Position numbers and translations under genes: made by a program | Assembly (NCBI GenBank): GCA_021852055.1 | Contig: JAJZOD010000009.1 | Coordinates: forward strand, 35,438-99,437 | DNA length: 64,000 bases | From: Candidatus Micrarchaeota archaeon | GTDB taxonomy: Archaea; Micrarchaeota; Micrarchaeia; Micrarchaeales; CABMGC01 | Direction of reading: 5' to 3' | Notes under the pieces: generated by a model | What the model was told of the DNA's origin: nothing | Databases searched by the model: none | Seen by the model: only the letters and a program-made list of their open reading frames with translations | Shown here: positions 9,265 to 19,054 of the stretch, piece by piece | Layout of the letters: every line of letters begins with the position of its first letter | Numbering within the stretch: position 1 is the stretch's first letter

Positions 9265-10041
9265 TTACCTATTCCTTTTATTTAAGGTGTATACATAGGC
9301 AGCTATTAGCACTACTGCAACTATAATTGCAAAATAGATAGCAAGTGCATACTCGGCATATATTCCCTTAAGATAAGCCAGCACCTCATCCTGTAATGAT
9401 TGTGTCGTTACATAACTAAACGTGAATGATGATAAAAGTTCTCCAGAATCCCAAGAAAATATTGTCGCATTTGCGTAATTTCCCAAGGCATCTGGTTTTG
9501 GCATGTCCGGCGAAGGATACACTGACACAAGCTCAGCTCCAGACGGTATGACTATATTGAAGCGTGTGTTTGTAGGAAGCACCTGGCCGTTTGCAGTGCT
9601 CTCAAAATTGAAAAGGCTATCATTGAAAGAGTACTTAAATTTTCTTGGCGCTATATTGCTGACATTTGTAACGTTGCTTATGTAGTAATTAAGCGATAAT
9701 GTTGCTATGCCGCCATTGGCTGTCTGCTCAAGCAAAGGGCCAGGCAGAAACTCAAATCCATATATGTCATGGCCTATGCCTATCAGGTCTTCATGCAGCA
9801 CTGTTGTATACAGTACATTCTGCCAGTGGCTCAGGCTTAAGTTCAGTGCATTCCTATTGCTGTTGTAGTTTTCAAATGATGAGTTGCTTACAAATAGCGT
9901 GAACTGTTCAAGGACATGCGCGCTGCCGTTTGTGCTCAGAACTACTGTTGTGTTTGTATTGGTTATGTTATAATACGCAAATACGCTCGGCACCGCAGCT
10001 AAAACCAACGAAGCAAGAGCGAGAACAGCAAAAAACCTCAT
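9265..10041 (-). CDS. secreted, C-terminally anchored hypothetical glycoprotein
   Basis: Signal peptide MRFFAVLALASLVLAAVPSVFA, many N-x-S/T sequons, a C-terminal TM helix and a KRNR tail. Confidence 0.5.
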   Translation of the reverse strand: MRFFAVLALASLVLAAVPSVFAYYNITNTNTTVVLSTNGSAHVLEQFTLFVSNSSFENYNSNRNALNLSLSHWQNVLYTTVLHEDLIGIGHDIYGFEFLPGPLLEQTANGGIATLSLNYYISNVTNVSNIAPRKFKYSFNDSLFNFESTANGQVLPTNTRFNIVIPSGAELVSVYPSPDMPKPDALGNYANATIFSWDSGELLSSFTFSYVTTQSLQDEVLAYLKGIYAEYALAIYFAIIVAVVLIAAYVYTLNKRNR

Positions 10042-10479
10042 ATTCTTCTCACCACTTGCTATTATTACAGCAGATAGACTTATAAACTTTCTAAAGATGC
10101 CATTTCATGGGGGCTTGGCATTTACATTCAATCGCCTCGTCAATTCCAAAAGAGCTTCTTAATAACTGAGGAGGTATCCAAGAATACAAGAAAACACGTG
10201 AATTTTCACAGTTTTCATCCCATGTTTTCGTTCTCCTAGAAGGCAACCTAACCGTCTACGGGAGACGCACCTCTCACTATATCAAAAGAGAGAAGAGAGA
10301 TAGAAGTTATCAGGCCTTAAGGTTTATAATTTGACAGGTTCTTATATCGTAAGAGTGTATTAAGCTCTTACGGCGTTTAACCATGCATAGCGAGAAATCC
10401 CACACCATTCACGGGTTGGAGGATGTCACAAAATATATGTTGTAAGGGTTTCAAGTGGATACAGTACAAGTATGATGCA

Positions 10480-12528
10480 ATGGTACATAGACCTCTTAAA
10501 TCTAATCTGCGCAAAGAACAAAGCGCTATGGAGTACCTAATGACGTACGGATGGTCGATACTGCTTATTGCTATAACTCTTGCCGGTATGTTTGAATTGG
10601 GAATATTCAACGGTTCTGGAAATGTGCTGCCAACAGTCTGTGTTGCGCAGTCCGGTTTCCTGTGCACTAACCCTCAAATGAACTCTACAGGCAACCTTAC
10701 TGTGCTTTTAGGTTCAGCCCAGATAAATCCAATAACTATAGTGGGCACTGCATGTACTTCAAATTCATCCACACCAAATAATTTTATATTCAATTTGATG
10801 AACATAAGTTCCGAACAGGAAAAACAGCTCGGATTCGAATGCCCTAAAGGCTCAGGTTCATTCTTTGACGGTTATTTATGGATAAAGTACAACACAAAAG
10901 GTGTAAATGACATTGTTGTTCAAGTTGCGAAGATTACTGCTCAGGTGTCCACGCAATCGAGTGTAGGGATACCGGGCGACAATGGTCAGGGAGAAGTTTA
11001 TATAGCCAATTACCTTGGAGGCACGGGAGGTTATGGCAATGTAGTTATTTTTAACTCGCAAACAAGCTCTGTTATCGGAAGCATCGATTCAAGCCCAAGT
11101 GCATTTGATCATCCCGACGGCATCTTCGTCTCCGGCTCGAATATTTACGTTGCGAATGCTGGCGCAAGCAACGTCCTCATATTCAACACCGACGGCGCAC
11201 TTACAGGTGCGATAACCTCCGGAGCGTTTAATTATCCAGAAGGCATCGCACTCTCCGGCTCGAATATCTACGTTGCGAATACCGATGCAAACAACGTCCT
11301 CATATTCAACACCGACGGTGCACTTACAGGTGCGATAACCTCTGGAGCGTTTGCTCATCCAGCAGGCATCGTACTCTCCGGCTCGAATATTTACGTTGCG
11401 AATGCTGGCGCAAGCAACGTCCTCATATTCAACACCGACGGTGCACTTACAGGTGCGATAACCTCCGGAGCGTTTGATTATCCAGAAGGCATCGCACTCT
11501 CCGGCTCGAATATCTACGTTGCGAATGCTGACGCAAGCAACGTCCTCATATTCAACACCGACGGCGCACTTACAGGTGCGATAACCTCCGGAGCGTTTGA
11601 TTTTCCACAAGGCATCTTCGTCTCCGGCTCGAACATCTACGTTATGAATACTGTTGCAAGCAACTTCCTCATATTCAACACCGACGGCGCACTTACAGGT
11701 ACGATAACCTCCGGAGCGTTTGATAATCCACAAGGCATCTCCATAATCAATAACGAAGCATATATTGCAAATTCTTATGGTGGTTCATATGAAGCTGGCA
11801 ATATCATATCTGTCAATCTTACAACCAATACAATAAATGGCAATATAGGTCCGATAAATGGAATTGATTATCCCACATTTGTTGCCGTTGCTGGATCTAC
11901 TGCTTATATATCCGATCCAAACTATGAGAAGATTCTAATGGCAAGTCTAATAAATAATCAGTTGAACGGCAACATTACTTCAAGTGCATTTTATTATCCA
12001 GATGGCATCGCACTCTCCGGCTCGAATATTTACGTTACGAATACCGATGCAAACAACGTCCTCATATTCAACACCGATGGCGCACTTACAGGTGCGATAA
12101 CCTCCGGAGCGTTTGATTCTCCACAAGGCATCGCACTCTCCGGCTCGAATATTTACGTTGCGAATACTTACGCAAACAACGTCCTCATATTCAACACCGA
12201 TGGTGCACTTACAGGTGCGATAACCTCCGGAGCGTTTGCTTATCCAGCAGGCATCGCACTCTCCGGCTCGAATATTTACGTTACGAATCCTGGCGCAAAC
12301 AACGTCCTCATATTCAACACCGATGGCGCACTTACAGGTGCGATAACCTCCGGAGCGTTTGATTCTCCACAAGGCATCGCACTCTCCGGCTCGAATATTT
12401 ACGTTATGAATACTGATGCAAGCAACGTCCTCATATTCAACACCGATGGCGCACTTACGGGTACGATAACCTCTGGAATGAATTATCCGGACAGCATCTA
12501 TAAGAAACACCCAATTAGTCCTCGATAA
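10480..12528 (+). CDS. prepilin-type (class III signal peptide) protein with about 12 NHL-like beta-propeller repeats
   Basis: Start refined to the ATG at 10480 (MVHRPLKSNLRKEQSAMEYLMTYGWSILLIAI, an archaeal pilin-like N-terminus). It is followed by 41-aa repeats SGSNIYVAN..ANNVLIFNTDGALTGAITSGAF..P.GIAL. Confidence 0.7.
   Translation: MVHRPLKSNLRKEQSAMEYLMTYGWSILLIAITLAGMFELGIFNGSGNVLPTVCVAQSGFLCTNPQMNSTGNLTVLLGSAQINPITIVGTACTSNSSTPNNFIFNLMNISSEQEKQLGFECPKGSGSFFDGYLWIKYNTKGVNDIVVQVAKITAQVSTQSSVGIPGDNGQGEVYIANYLGGTGGYGNVVIFNSQTSSVIGSIDSSPSAFDHPDGIFVSGSNIYVANAGASNVLIFNTDGALTGAITSGAFNYPEGIALSGSNIYVANTDANNVLIFNTDGALTGAITSGAFAHPAGIVLSGSNIYVANAGASNVLIFNTDGALTGAITSGAFDYPEGIALSGSNIYVANADASNVLIFNTDGALTGAITSGAFDFPQGIFVSGSNIYVMNTVASNFLIFNTDGALTGTITSGAFDNPQGISIINNEAYIANSYGGSYEAGNIISVNLTTNTINGNIGPINGIDYPTFVAVAGSTAYISDPNYEKILMASLINNQLNGNITSSAFYYPDGIALSGSNIYVTNTDANNVLIFNTDGALTGAITSGAFDSPQGIALSGSNIYVANTYANNVLIFNTDGALTGAITSGAFAYPAGIALSGSNIYVTNPGANNVLIFNTDGALTGAITSGAFDSPQGIALSGSNIYVMNTDASNVLIFNTDGALTGTITSGMNYPDSIYKKHPISPR
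11101..11715 (+). repeat. 5 tandem, near-identical 123-bp coding repeats (block A)
   Basis: Units start at 11101, 11224, 11347, 11470 and 11593. Long runs are identical at nucleotide level (for example CTCCGGCTCGAATAT.TACGTTGCGAAT and GTCCTCATATTCAACACCGACGG.GCACTTACAGGTGCGATAACCTCCGGAGCGTTT). Confidence 0.9.
11986..12477 (+). repeat. 4 tandem, near-identical 123-bp coding repeats (block B)
   Basis: Units start at 11986, 12109, 12232 and 12355. Same unit as block A. The blocks are separated by about 270 bp of two diverged units. Confidence 0.9.
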
Positions 12529-12805
12529 GTGATATTGTTTCGATATCCTATGTACTGATAAATTCCTTTTCTTCATTTCTCTCATTATCCATCGAATTTG
12601 ACCTAGTTTAGTGTCCTCATAGTGGTCTCTTTATTGTATACGAATTTATCGTTTACCGAGAGAACCTTGTTTTGGGATAATACAATAGCCCTCTCCTCAC
12701 GAAAAGGCTAAATAACTTATTTACCATTAATAGTCCAATATTATACAGCTTAGATACGGCATTGTGTGCCTGATAAGCAAAATCATTGGCTATAGAGTGA
12801 TTTTT

Positions 12806-13231
12806 ATGAAGACTAAGATTGATGACAAACTGCTTGCAGTAATACGGGTCCGGGGCCGCGTAGGCGTAAGGCAAAGCATAACCGAAACGCTCAACAGGCT
12901 GAACCTTAAAAGGGTCAATAACCTTACTATACTTTATGGAAGCAAGTCGAACATAGGCATGATACGCAAGTGCAACGATTTTGTTACATACGGCGAGGTT
13001 CGTGAGGATGTCCTGAGCCAGCTTCTTGAGAAGGAGGGCATAAAGCCTACTGCAGATATGGTAAATTCACTGGCAAGCGGCAAGAAGAGCTTCAAAGAGC
13101 TTGCAGCAGGCCACATACGCATGCATCCTCCAAGGCATGGATACGAAGGCATAAAGGCAGGCTACAGTTCCGGAGGTTCTTTAGGCTACCGTGGAGCCGA
13201 GATAAATAATCTGATAAAGCGCATGATGTAA
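12806..13231 (+). CDS. rpl30: 50S ribosomal protein uL30
   Basis: LLAVIRVRGRVGVRQSITETLNRLNLKRVNN is the typical archaeal L30 (L7Ae-unrelated) N-terminus. Start refined to the ATG at 12806. Confidence 0.85.
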   Translation: MKTKIDDKLLAVIRVRGRVGVRQSITETLNRLNLKRVNNLTILYGSKSNIGMIRKCNDFVTYGEVREDVLSQLLEKEGIKPTADMVNSLASGKKSFKELAAGHIRMHPPRHGYEGIKAGYSSGGSLGYRGAEINNLIKRMM

Positions 13232-13240
13232 GGTTTTTTT

Positions 13241-13660
13241 ATGGTAGTAAGGTCAAAAAAGCAGAACAGAAAATATCTCGGCAGGCGAAGCTGGGGTGCA
13301 GGAAATATAAAGAATAACAGAGGCGCAGGCGACCGCGGTGGCGTAGGCGCAGGCGGCAAGAAACATAAGTTTACACGTGCAGTAGTAACCGGGGAAGGCA
13401 TGCTCGGGAGCAAAGGGTTCACTCCATGGGGTGTTTCAAAGCTTTCTGAAACTAACATAGGTCGCATAAACGAGGCCGTGGTGCTGTCATCGGAGCAGAA
13501 GCCAGTAATAGAACTTCGAGGATTTAAGGTGCTAAGTTCTGGCACAATTTCAAGAGCCGCTTCAATAAAAGCAAACGCTTTCTCGAAGAAGGCCATAGAG
13601 AAGATACAGGCCGCTGGCGGAGAAGCCATAACATACAACAACACTCCTGATCCTGCCTAA
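13241..13660 (+). CDS. rpl15: 50S ribosomal protein uL15
   Basis: MVVRSKKQNRKYLGRRSWGAGNIKNNRGAGDRGGVGAGGKKHKF is the Gly/Arg-rich uL15 N-terminus. It directly follows rpl30, as in the conserved order. Confidence 0.85.
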   Translation: MVVRSKKQNRKYLGRRSWGAGNIKNNRGAGDRGGVGAGGKKHKFTRAVVTGEGMLGSKGFTPWGVSKLSETNIGRINEAVVLSSEQKPVIELRGFKVLSSGTISRAASIKANAFSKKAIEKIQAAGGEAITYNNTPDPA

Positions 13661-13677
13661 GCATTTACAGTGTAAAT

Positions 13678-14823
13678 ATGAAGCTCAACATAGCTTTTTA
13701 TACAGATACATACGAGCCAGCTATCGATGGGGTAGTTAATTCAATAAACAACTTTAAGCGCGAGCTTAAGCTAAGGGGCCATAAGGTATACATATTCGCT
13801 AGTGCACGCTTCGGCAACAAAATACATAACCGCAGCGACACATTCTTTTATCATGGCGTAGGCTTCAAACCCTACCCGCAGTACAGCGTCGCACTGTTCC
13901 CGTATCACTCAATAACTACAATAAACAAGCTTGATATTGATCTGATACATTCACATACGCCATTTTTCATGGGTCTTTCCGGACTTATAAATGCAAAGCT
14001 GTCCAGGCTTCCTATTGTAGGGTCTTATCATACAATGGTAAGCAATAAAGCCATAATAAACGAATATTATCCAAACAACAAGCTGATAAAAGACATGACA
14101 ACAAAATACATGAATAAATACATCTCCTTTTTCTATAAAAGATGCAATGCGACCATCGTCCCATCTGAGGTAATCGCGTCAATCCTGCGCAGAAATGACA
14201 TAGCAAACATAAATGTAGTGCCAAACATGGTTGACAGGAGGGTCTTTAACAGAAAAGCAGGAGGCGCTTCCGCATTCCGCAACAGTTATCATATAAAAGA
14301 TGATGAGAATGTGGTGCTTTACGTCGGAAGGCTTAGTCGGGAGAAGAAGCTGGATGTAATGCTAAAGTCAGCCAAGGTGCTTCAGAAAAAGGGCATAAAA
14401 TTCGTAATCGTAGGCGCAGGCCCGGCAGAATCATATTATAAGGGCATCGCTAGGCGTCTGAATCTTCAGAATGTCATATTTACCGGGCTTATACCAAACA
14501 AAGACCTCCCTGGCGTATACGCAGCCTGCAATGTTTTCTGCATGCCAAGCACTTTTGAGACGCAGGGCATAGTCGCACTTGAGGCTATGTCTTCTGGCAA
14601 GCCTGTCGTCGGAGCAGACTACCTTGCCCTCAAGGATCTGATAAAAAACGGCGTAAATGGTGAAAAGTTCAGGGCTGGTGATTATCTGCACTGTTCTGAA
14701 AAAATAGAAAAAGCTTTAAATAATGCTGATACATATACTTCTGGTGCAGTTGACACTGCTATAAGGTTTTCTCCAAAGAATGTTACGGAAAAGCTTATTC
14801 ATGTTTACAAGTCAGTTCTTTAG
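13678..14823 (+). CDS. GT4-family (group 1) glycosyltransferase
   Basis: GT-B architecture. The C-terminal half has LYVGRLSREKKLD, a FETQGIVALEAMSSGKPVV E-x7-E region, and NGVNGEKF. Confidence 0.75.
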   Translation: MKLNIAFYTDTYEPAIDGVVNSINNFKRELKLRGHKVYIFASARFGNKIHNRSDTFFYHGVGFKPYPQYSVALFPYHSITTINKLDIDLIHSHTPFFMGLSGLINAKLSRLPIVGSYHTMVSNKAIINEYYPNNKLIKDMTTKYMNKYISFFYKRCNATIVPSEVIASILRRNDIANINVVPNMVDRRVFNRKAGGASAFRNSYHIKDDENVVLYVGRLSREKKLDVMLKSAKVLQKKGIKFVIVGAGPAESYYKGIARRLNLQNVIFTGLIPNKDLPGVYAACNVFCMPSTFETQGIVALEAMSSGKPVVGADYLALKDLIKNGVNGEKFRAGDYLHCSEKIEKALNNADTYTSGAVDTAIRFSPKNVTEKLIHVYKSVL

Positions 14824-14909
14824 TTGATGCTTATACCTGCGAATTAGTTTACTTACTGTCTAATGAAGGCGATATACTGAAAGAGAAAAACAAAGATGAA
14901 GGCAATCAA

Positions 14910-15659
14910 ATGCAGAAAGCCGAAAACAACAGTGCAGCTGCAACAAAAGGTGCACACACAGAAGCCAATGCAAGTACTGCAGTTAATGTTACTGGCAATG
15001 CGCAGGAGCAGCAAAAGCAGCACAGTGTTGCAGAGCCTGAAAAAAGGCCGCCTTTTGACTATTCGGTGAAGCTTCCAGACGGAGCCTCGGAACGCCAGAA
15101 AGAACTTGCCAAGGAGATAGAAGAAGAGCGCAGGAAAAAAGGAGCCATCATAAATGACGTGCGCAGAATGAAGCGCAAGCTTGCATACAAGGTTGCGGAG
15201 AAAGAGGCAACAGCAAAACTCGTAGCGCAAGGCAAAAAGTCAACAAAAAATATTGGCTACCTGCGCAGGCGCAAGGAAAACCTTGAATTCAGGATCTCAA
15301 CAGAGGCATACACGCTTGAGGCGGAGAGGGAGCTGATACGCAAGAAAAGTGCAATAGACGCCGAGCTCGACGAAGCCATAAAAAGCTACAGAATGCGCAG
15401 GAAATCGGAGTTCATAGACGGCGACATAGCTGGGCTTAATAAAACCATAGAAGAGCGCAGCAAGGCTCTTGATGAAATAGAGAAGAAACTTGACTTGCTT
15501 TACGGAGAACTGCGGCGCCTCAACGGCGAGATGCGCCATCACTCTGCGCCAAAACCTGAGCGAAAGAAGCAAGAACAGCAAAAGCCCATAGAGGTAAGCC
15601 TTGCAGACATAGCCATAATAAAAGGCAAAAAGAAGGAAGAGAGAGAAGACAGTGATTAG
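14910..15659 (+). CDS. Lys/Glu-rich coiled-coil protein, function unknown
   Basis: 249 aa with heptad-like charged sequence throughout. It resembles conserved archaeal coiled-coil proteins but no specific motif was recognised. Confidence 0.4.
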   Translation: MQKAENNSAAATKGAHTEANASTAVNVTGNAQEQQKQHSVAEPEKRPPFDYSVKLPDGASERQKELAKEIEEERRKKGAIINDVRRMKRKLAYKVAEKEATAKLVAQGKKSTKNIGYLRRRKENLEFRISTEAYTLEAERELIRKKSAIDAELDEAIKSYRMRRKSEFIDGDIAGLNKTIEERSKALDEIEKKLDLLYGELRRLNGEMRHHSAPKPERKKQEQQKPIEVSLADIAIIKGKKKEEREDSD

Positions 15660-15876
15660 TTGTCCGTGAATTAATTAATTCAAAAATACAAAAACTGTGA
15701 TGCTGTTAAGGCTGCCATAAATTATTCGACTGCCAATGCTGCTGTAATAGTGCATTAGGTTACGTACTTTTAGTGAACTTCCGCACGGTACGCAGTGGGG
15801 CATCTAATGGCAATGCAACGCTTAATGGACCAACTGCCCAGCATATCCCCCTGCAGGCAGCGGGGATCCTCAAGCA

Positions 15877-18555
15877 CTAAACCCCGCCTGACAGGCCCAG
15901 ATCTATAGTGGCTTCAGGTGGCATTCCAATTTTGCTCAACAGAAGTATCTGGTTTGCAGATAAGGCAGACTTGTACACCTGCACATTTGCTATCGTACCA
16001 TTGAACTGATGCCCATATAATCCACCGATAACTACTGAATTGTCAGGCAGTGTCACCGCTCCTCCTGTAGTCTTTGTGCTCCCGACAACTGCGCCATTCA
16101 CATAAAAGCTCAGATATGTGCCGTTGTAAATGCCGGCAATGCTGTACCATGCATCAGGATTGGGAAATACATTGTTGCAATTTACATATGTCCATGTACC
16201 TGAAACATCAACTCCAAACAGTGCATCGGCAGCTCCCTGGGTGCCTGGCTTTGCATCTATATAAAGACCGCCATTGACTCCATTGAGGTTTACTACGCCT
16301 TCGGTATTTTTAATGTACTCCGAAGGATAAATCCACGCCAGCACTGAAAGCGTATTGCTGCCTATTATAACGTTGTTGGGCGCTACCACGTTTCCGGCAC
16401 CTGCCATGTCAACTCCGTAACTGTTATCTGAGTACTGCAGCATTCCCTGTTTTTGGAATTGGTACTGACTGTAAACGATATTGGAGCTCGTGGATTCTGC
16501 TGCATATTTGCTGCTGTCGTTGTTTGAGCCTTCAAGAGGCCACCAGCCTACAATGCCGTTGCGCAGCGGAGTGCCTTGCTGGCCTTCTAAATAAAGCAAG
16601 CTTGCATTAGACTGCGTAAGTGTCCTGTTGTATACCTGAACATTTGATATTATGCCGTTGAAATAAGTGCCTGTTGCAGGAAAGTACCCTATATCTAAGT
16701 TGGTCCATGATGTAGATGACTGCCACTGCCCTGTAGAATCGCCTGTGCCTACGAGCTTGCCATTCACATATATGCTGCTTATCGTTGCAGAAGATATGTC
16801 AGGAGATGCCGTACCTATAATATTATACCAGACTCCCTGCCTTAGCGGGTACTGCACGTCGTATATGTCGCCGTTGGCATTGCCTATCCTTATATAATTA
16901 CCCACAAAAAGAGAAAGAAGAAATCCAGCGCCCTTTGTACCTGCCATGGGCATGAATGTCCTACTGTTCTGCGAGGCATTGAGCATTATCCACGCACTTA
17001 CTGATAAACCGTTTGTAGGCACGCTGACGCGCAGCGCATTTGAAGGATTGTTCACTGTTATGACGCTATTAACACCGTTGAAGACGGCTGCGTAGCCTGA
17101 ACTTGCATTTACGTTATAACTGCTGTTCAGTCCTGTGCCTTCAAATAATACACCACCTGAAATTACTGCATTATTTCCATAAGTCCCATAATCAGCTCCG
17201 TTGCCTTCCAAAGGCCACCATCCAAGCAGTTTGGAGCTGAACACTGGCGGGGTCTGTAAGCCGTCGCTGTAAAGTGTATAAATAGCGTTGGAAGAAAGGG
17301 ATTCGTTATAAAGCTGTATGTTTGCCATCATGCCTTTGTAGTATGTTGCTTGCGAATCGCCCTCGGAATATCCAAAGAGGATTGGCGCATTGCTATACAG
17401 CTCAGTGCTAAAAGAGAATGTGCCTACTGGCAAACCGTTCACATAAGCAGTGAGGTTTTCAGAGAGTGCATTGTAGCTTGCGGTTATCATAGACCACGCG
17501 TTTGCATTGACATTACCGAAGTCGGCGCTGCCTACCCCATATACATTAAATTCGTATGATTTTTGTGTCTGAAAGATCTCCCAGCTATCGGTTCCGACAT
17601 TGCCCTGACCGATTATGGCTGCATCATTTGAATACGCAGCAGGACGCACCCATAAATTTATGGTGATGGTGTTTGGCGAATTAGATATTGCATTTGTTGT
17701 CATATAAGAGTTGCCATTAAACATTGATGCAAATGCAGGAAATGCATATGTCGCATTTGCCGTAGTGCCTGTATTGCCGTAACCACTTATATCATAAACC
17801 TCAGGACCGCTGCCCAAGTTCATGGGCCACCATCCTGTGAGGTTATTAGCCATGCCGTTTGCCTGATAAAATGCTGTCGCAGTTACTGCTGCTGGGCCTG
17901 CGCTGCCTCCTTGGTATAAAAATGCACTGGCAATTCCATTACTATCTGTATAGTTTGTAAACCACTGCTTTTCGGATCCTCCTGTAAAATTCCCTGATGA
18001 TGTCTGGAAGCCCAAAAGCACGTTTCCGACTGCGTTGCCTTTAGATCCTGTAACGTACGCATTTATCTTGTAACCCTGCAAACCGTTTTGTCGGGAAGGC
18101 ACTGCACTCATATGCACGGCAGCACTGCTATTTGACATGTTATAACACTGATAATCCACACATATCTCCCCAAGGTAGTTTTGCACTTCTAGGTAGCTTG
18201 TATTAAGTACACCAGAGGTAAGCACATCCCTCGACTTGGAATATGAAACTGCAACAGAGTTCTGTGTGCCCAGCTGTGCTGTGGCAATTACAACGCCTGC
18301 CCTGCTTATATTGACTCCGTGTATCGGCAAGCCTATATTGCTGTAAAGCGACGAGTTAGAATAGTATCCGCTTCCTGCAGCTGCAGCCAGATCTATCTGC
18401 TGTGCTATGTCCTGTGCTACAAGCTGAAGCTGGGAAAACCCCTGCTGATTAAGCACAATTGCACGCTGCGAGATTATAAGGCCGAAAAAGAAAAGGAAGA
18501 CTATAACAACAAGTGCAAATATTATTACAAACTCGAGAGCTATCTGTGCTTTCAT
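15877..18555 (-). CDS. prepilin-type N-terminus fused to a large LamG/concanavalin-A-like lectin multidomain protein (putative adhesin)
   Basis: N-terminus MKAQIALEFVIIFALVVIVF. At least three modules begin with GWWP(L/M)(E/N)G and contain SAWI...Y.NG..VG...I(A/S)N(V/I)Q(V/L)Y(N/K) patterns typical of LamG domains. Confidence 0.65.
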   Translation of the reverse strand: MKAQIALEFVIIFALVVIVFLFFFGLIISQRAIVLNQQGFSQLQLVAQDIAQQIDLAAAAGSGYYSNSSLYSNIGLPIHGVNISRAGVVIATAQLGTQNSVAVSYSKSRDVLTSGVLNTSYLEVQNYLGEICVDYQCYNMSNSSAAVHMSAVPSRQNGLQGYKINAYVTGSKGNAVGNVLLGFQTSSGNFTGGSEKQWFTNYTDSNGIASAFLYQGGSAGPAAVTATAFYQANGMANNLTGWWPMNLGSGPEVYDISGYGNTGTTANATYAFPAFASMFNGNSYMTTNAISNSPNTITINLWVRPAAYSNDAAIIGQGNVGTDSWEIFQTQKSYEFNVYGVGSADFGNVNANAWSMITASYNALSENLTAYVNGLPVGTFSFSTELYSNAPILFGYSEGDSQATYYKGMMANIQLYNESLSSNAIYTLYSDGLQTPPVFSSKLLGWWPLEGNGADYGTYGNNAVISGGVLFEGTGLNSSYNVNASSGYAAVFNGVNSVITVNNPSNALRVSVPTNGLSVSAWIMLNASQNSRTFMPMAGTKGAGFLLSLFVGNYIRIGNANGDIYDVQYPLRQGVWYNIIGTASPDISSATISSIYVNGKLVGTGDSTGQWQSSTSWTNLDIGYFPATGTYFNGIISNVQVYNRTLTQSNASLLYLEGQQGTPLRNGIVGWWPLEGSNNDSSKYAAESTSSNIVYSQYQFQKQGMLQYSDNSYGVDMAGAGNVVAPNNVIIGSNTLSVLAWIYPSEYIKNTEGVVNLNGVNGGLYIDAKPGTQGAADALFGVDVSGTWTYVNCNNVFPNPDAWYSIAGIYNGTYLSFYVNGAVVGSTKTTGGAVTLPDNSVVIGGLYGHQFNGTIANVQVYKSALSANQILLLSKIGMPPEATIDLGLSGGV

Positions 18556-18568
18556 TCCATCAACATAT

Positions 18569-19054
18569 TCAGCTAACCGGAGTCATGTACACACACGGCA
18601 AACTAGGGTCAGAAGGGCAGTTAAGCTGGGCGCTCACATTTACTATATACGTGCCCTGACCGGTTATGCCGCCAAGATTCCCGCTTACGTTAACGCTGGT
18701 GTACTGGGTTACATACGATGCACCGTTGGGTGCTCTGAGCTCAAATGTTATGGAATGACCGACGCTGTTTGATTTTGTGCCAATGTATATGTCCTCAACT
18801 CCAGGCGGCATCTGCAACTCGACGAACTGCTTTGCAGGATAGCCCTCTGCTCCTACCAGCGAAACAATGCTGGCAAGCTTGCTTGCAGATTGCTGCGCCT
18901 GTATCGCAGATATCGACACATTTGCATTGGACAGCTGTATAAATGCAATGACCACCATCGGCAGAAGTATTGCAAGCCCGAGCGACAATGTTATCAGTAA
19001 CTCGAAGCTTGACTGCGCCCTTGCGCCTCTCCTCTGGTTTTGTTTATTCCTCAT
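18569..19054 (-). CDS. archaeal type IV pilin-like protein (class III signal peptide)
   Basis: MRNKQNQRRGARAQSSFELLITLSLGLAILLPMVVIAF has a basic leader, a small residue, then Q and a hydrophobic helix. 161 aa. It lies immediately upstream of the LamG gene on the same strand. Confidence 0.6.
   Translation of the reverse strand: MRNKQNQRRGARAQSSFELLITLSLGLAILLPMVVIAFIQLSNANVSISAIQAQQSASKLASIVSLVGAEGYPAKQFVELQMPPGVEDIYIGTKSNSVGHSITFELRAPNGASYVTQYTSVNVSGNLGGITGQGTYIVNVSAQLNCPSDPSLPCVYMTPVS

Noticed and set aside
11101-12477. Possible CRISPR array or other non-coding tandem repeat
   Set aside because: The units are contiguous with no unique spacers. Their length of 123 bp is a multiple of 3, and they lie in frame inside one long ORF, so they are coding repeats. 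No CRISPR-like repeat-spacer structure was seen anywhere in the window.
11089-12585. Two long minus-strand ORFs (214 and 201 aa) with repeated RSGGYRTCKC units
   Set aside because: They are antisense shadows of the 123-bp NHL repeats. Their periodicity simply mirrors the sense-strand repeat, while the sense frame has a signal peptide and a recognisable repeat family.
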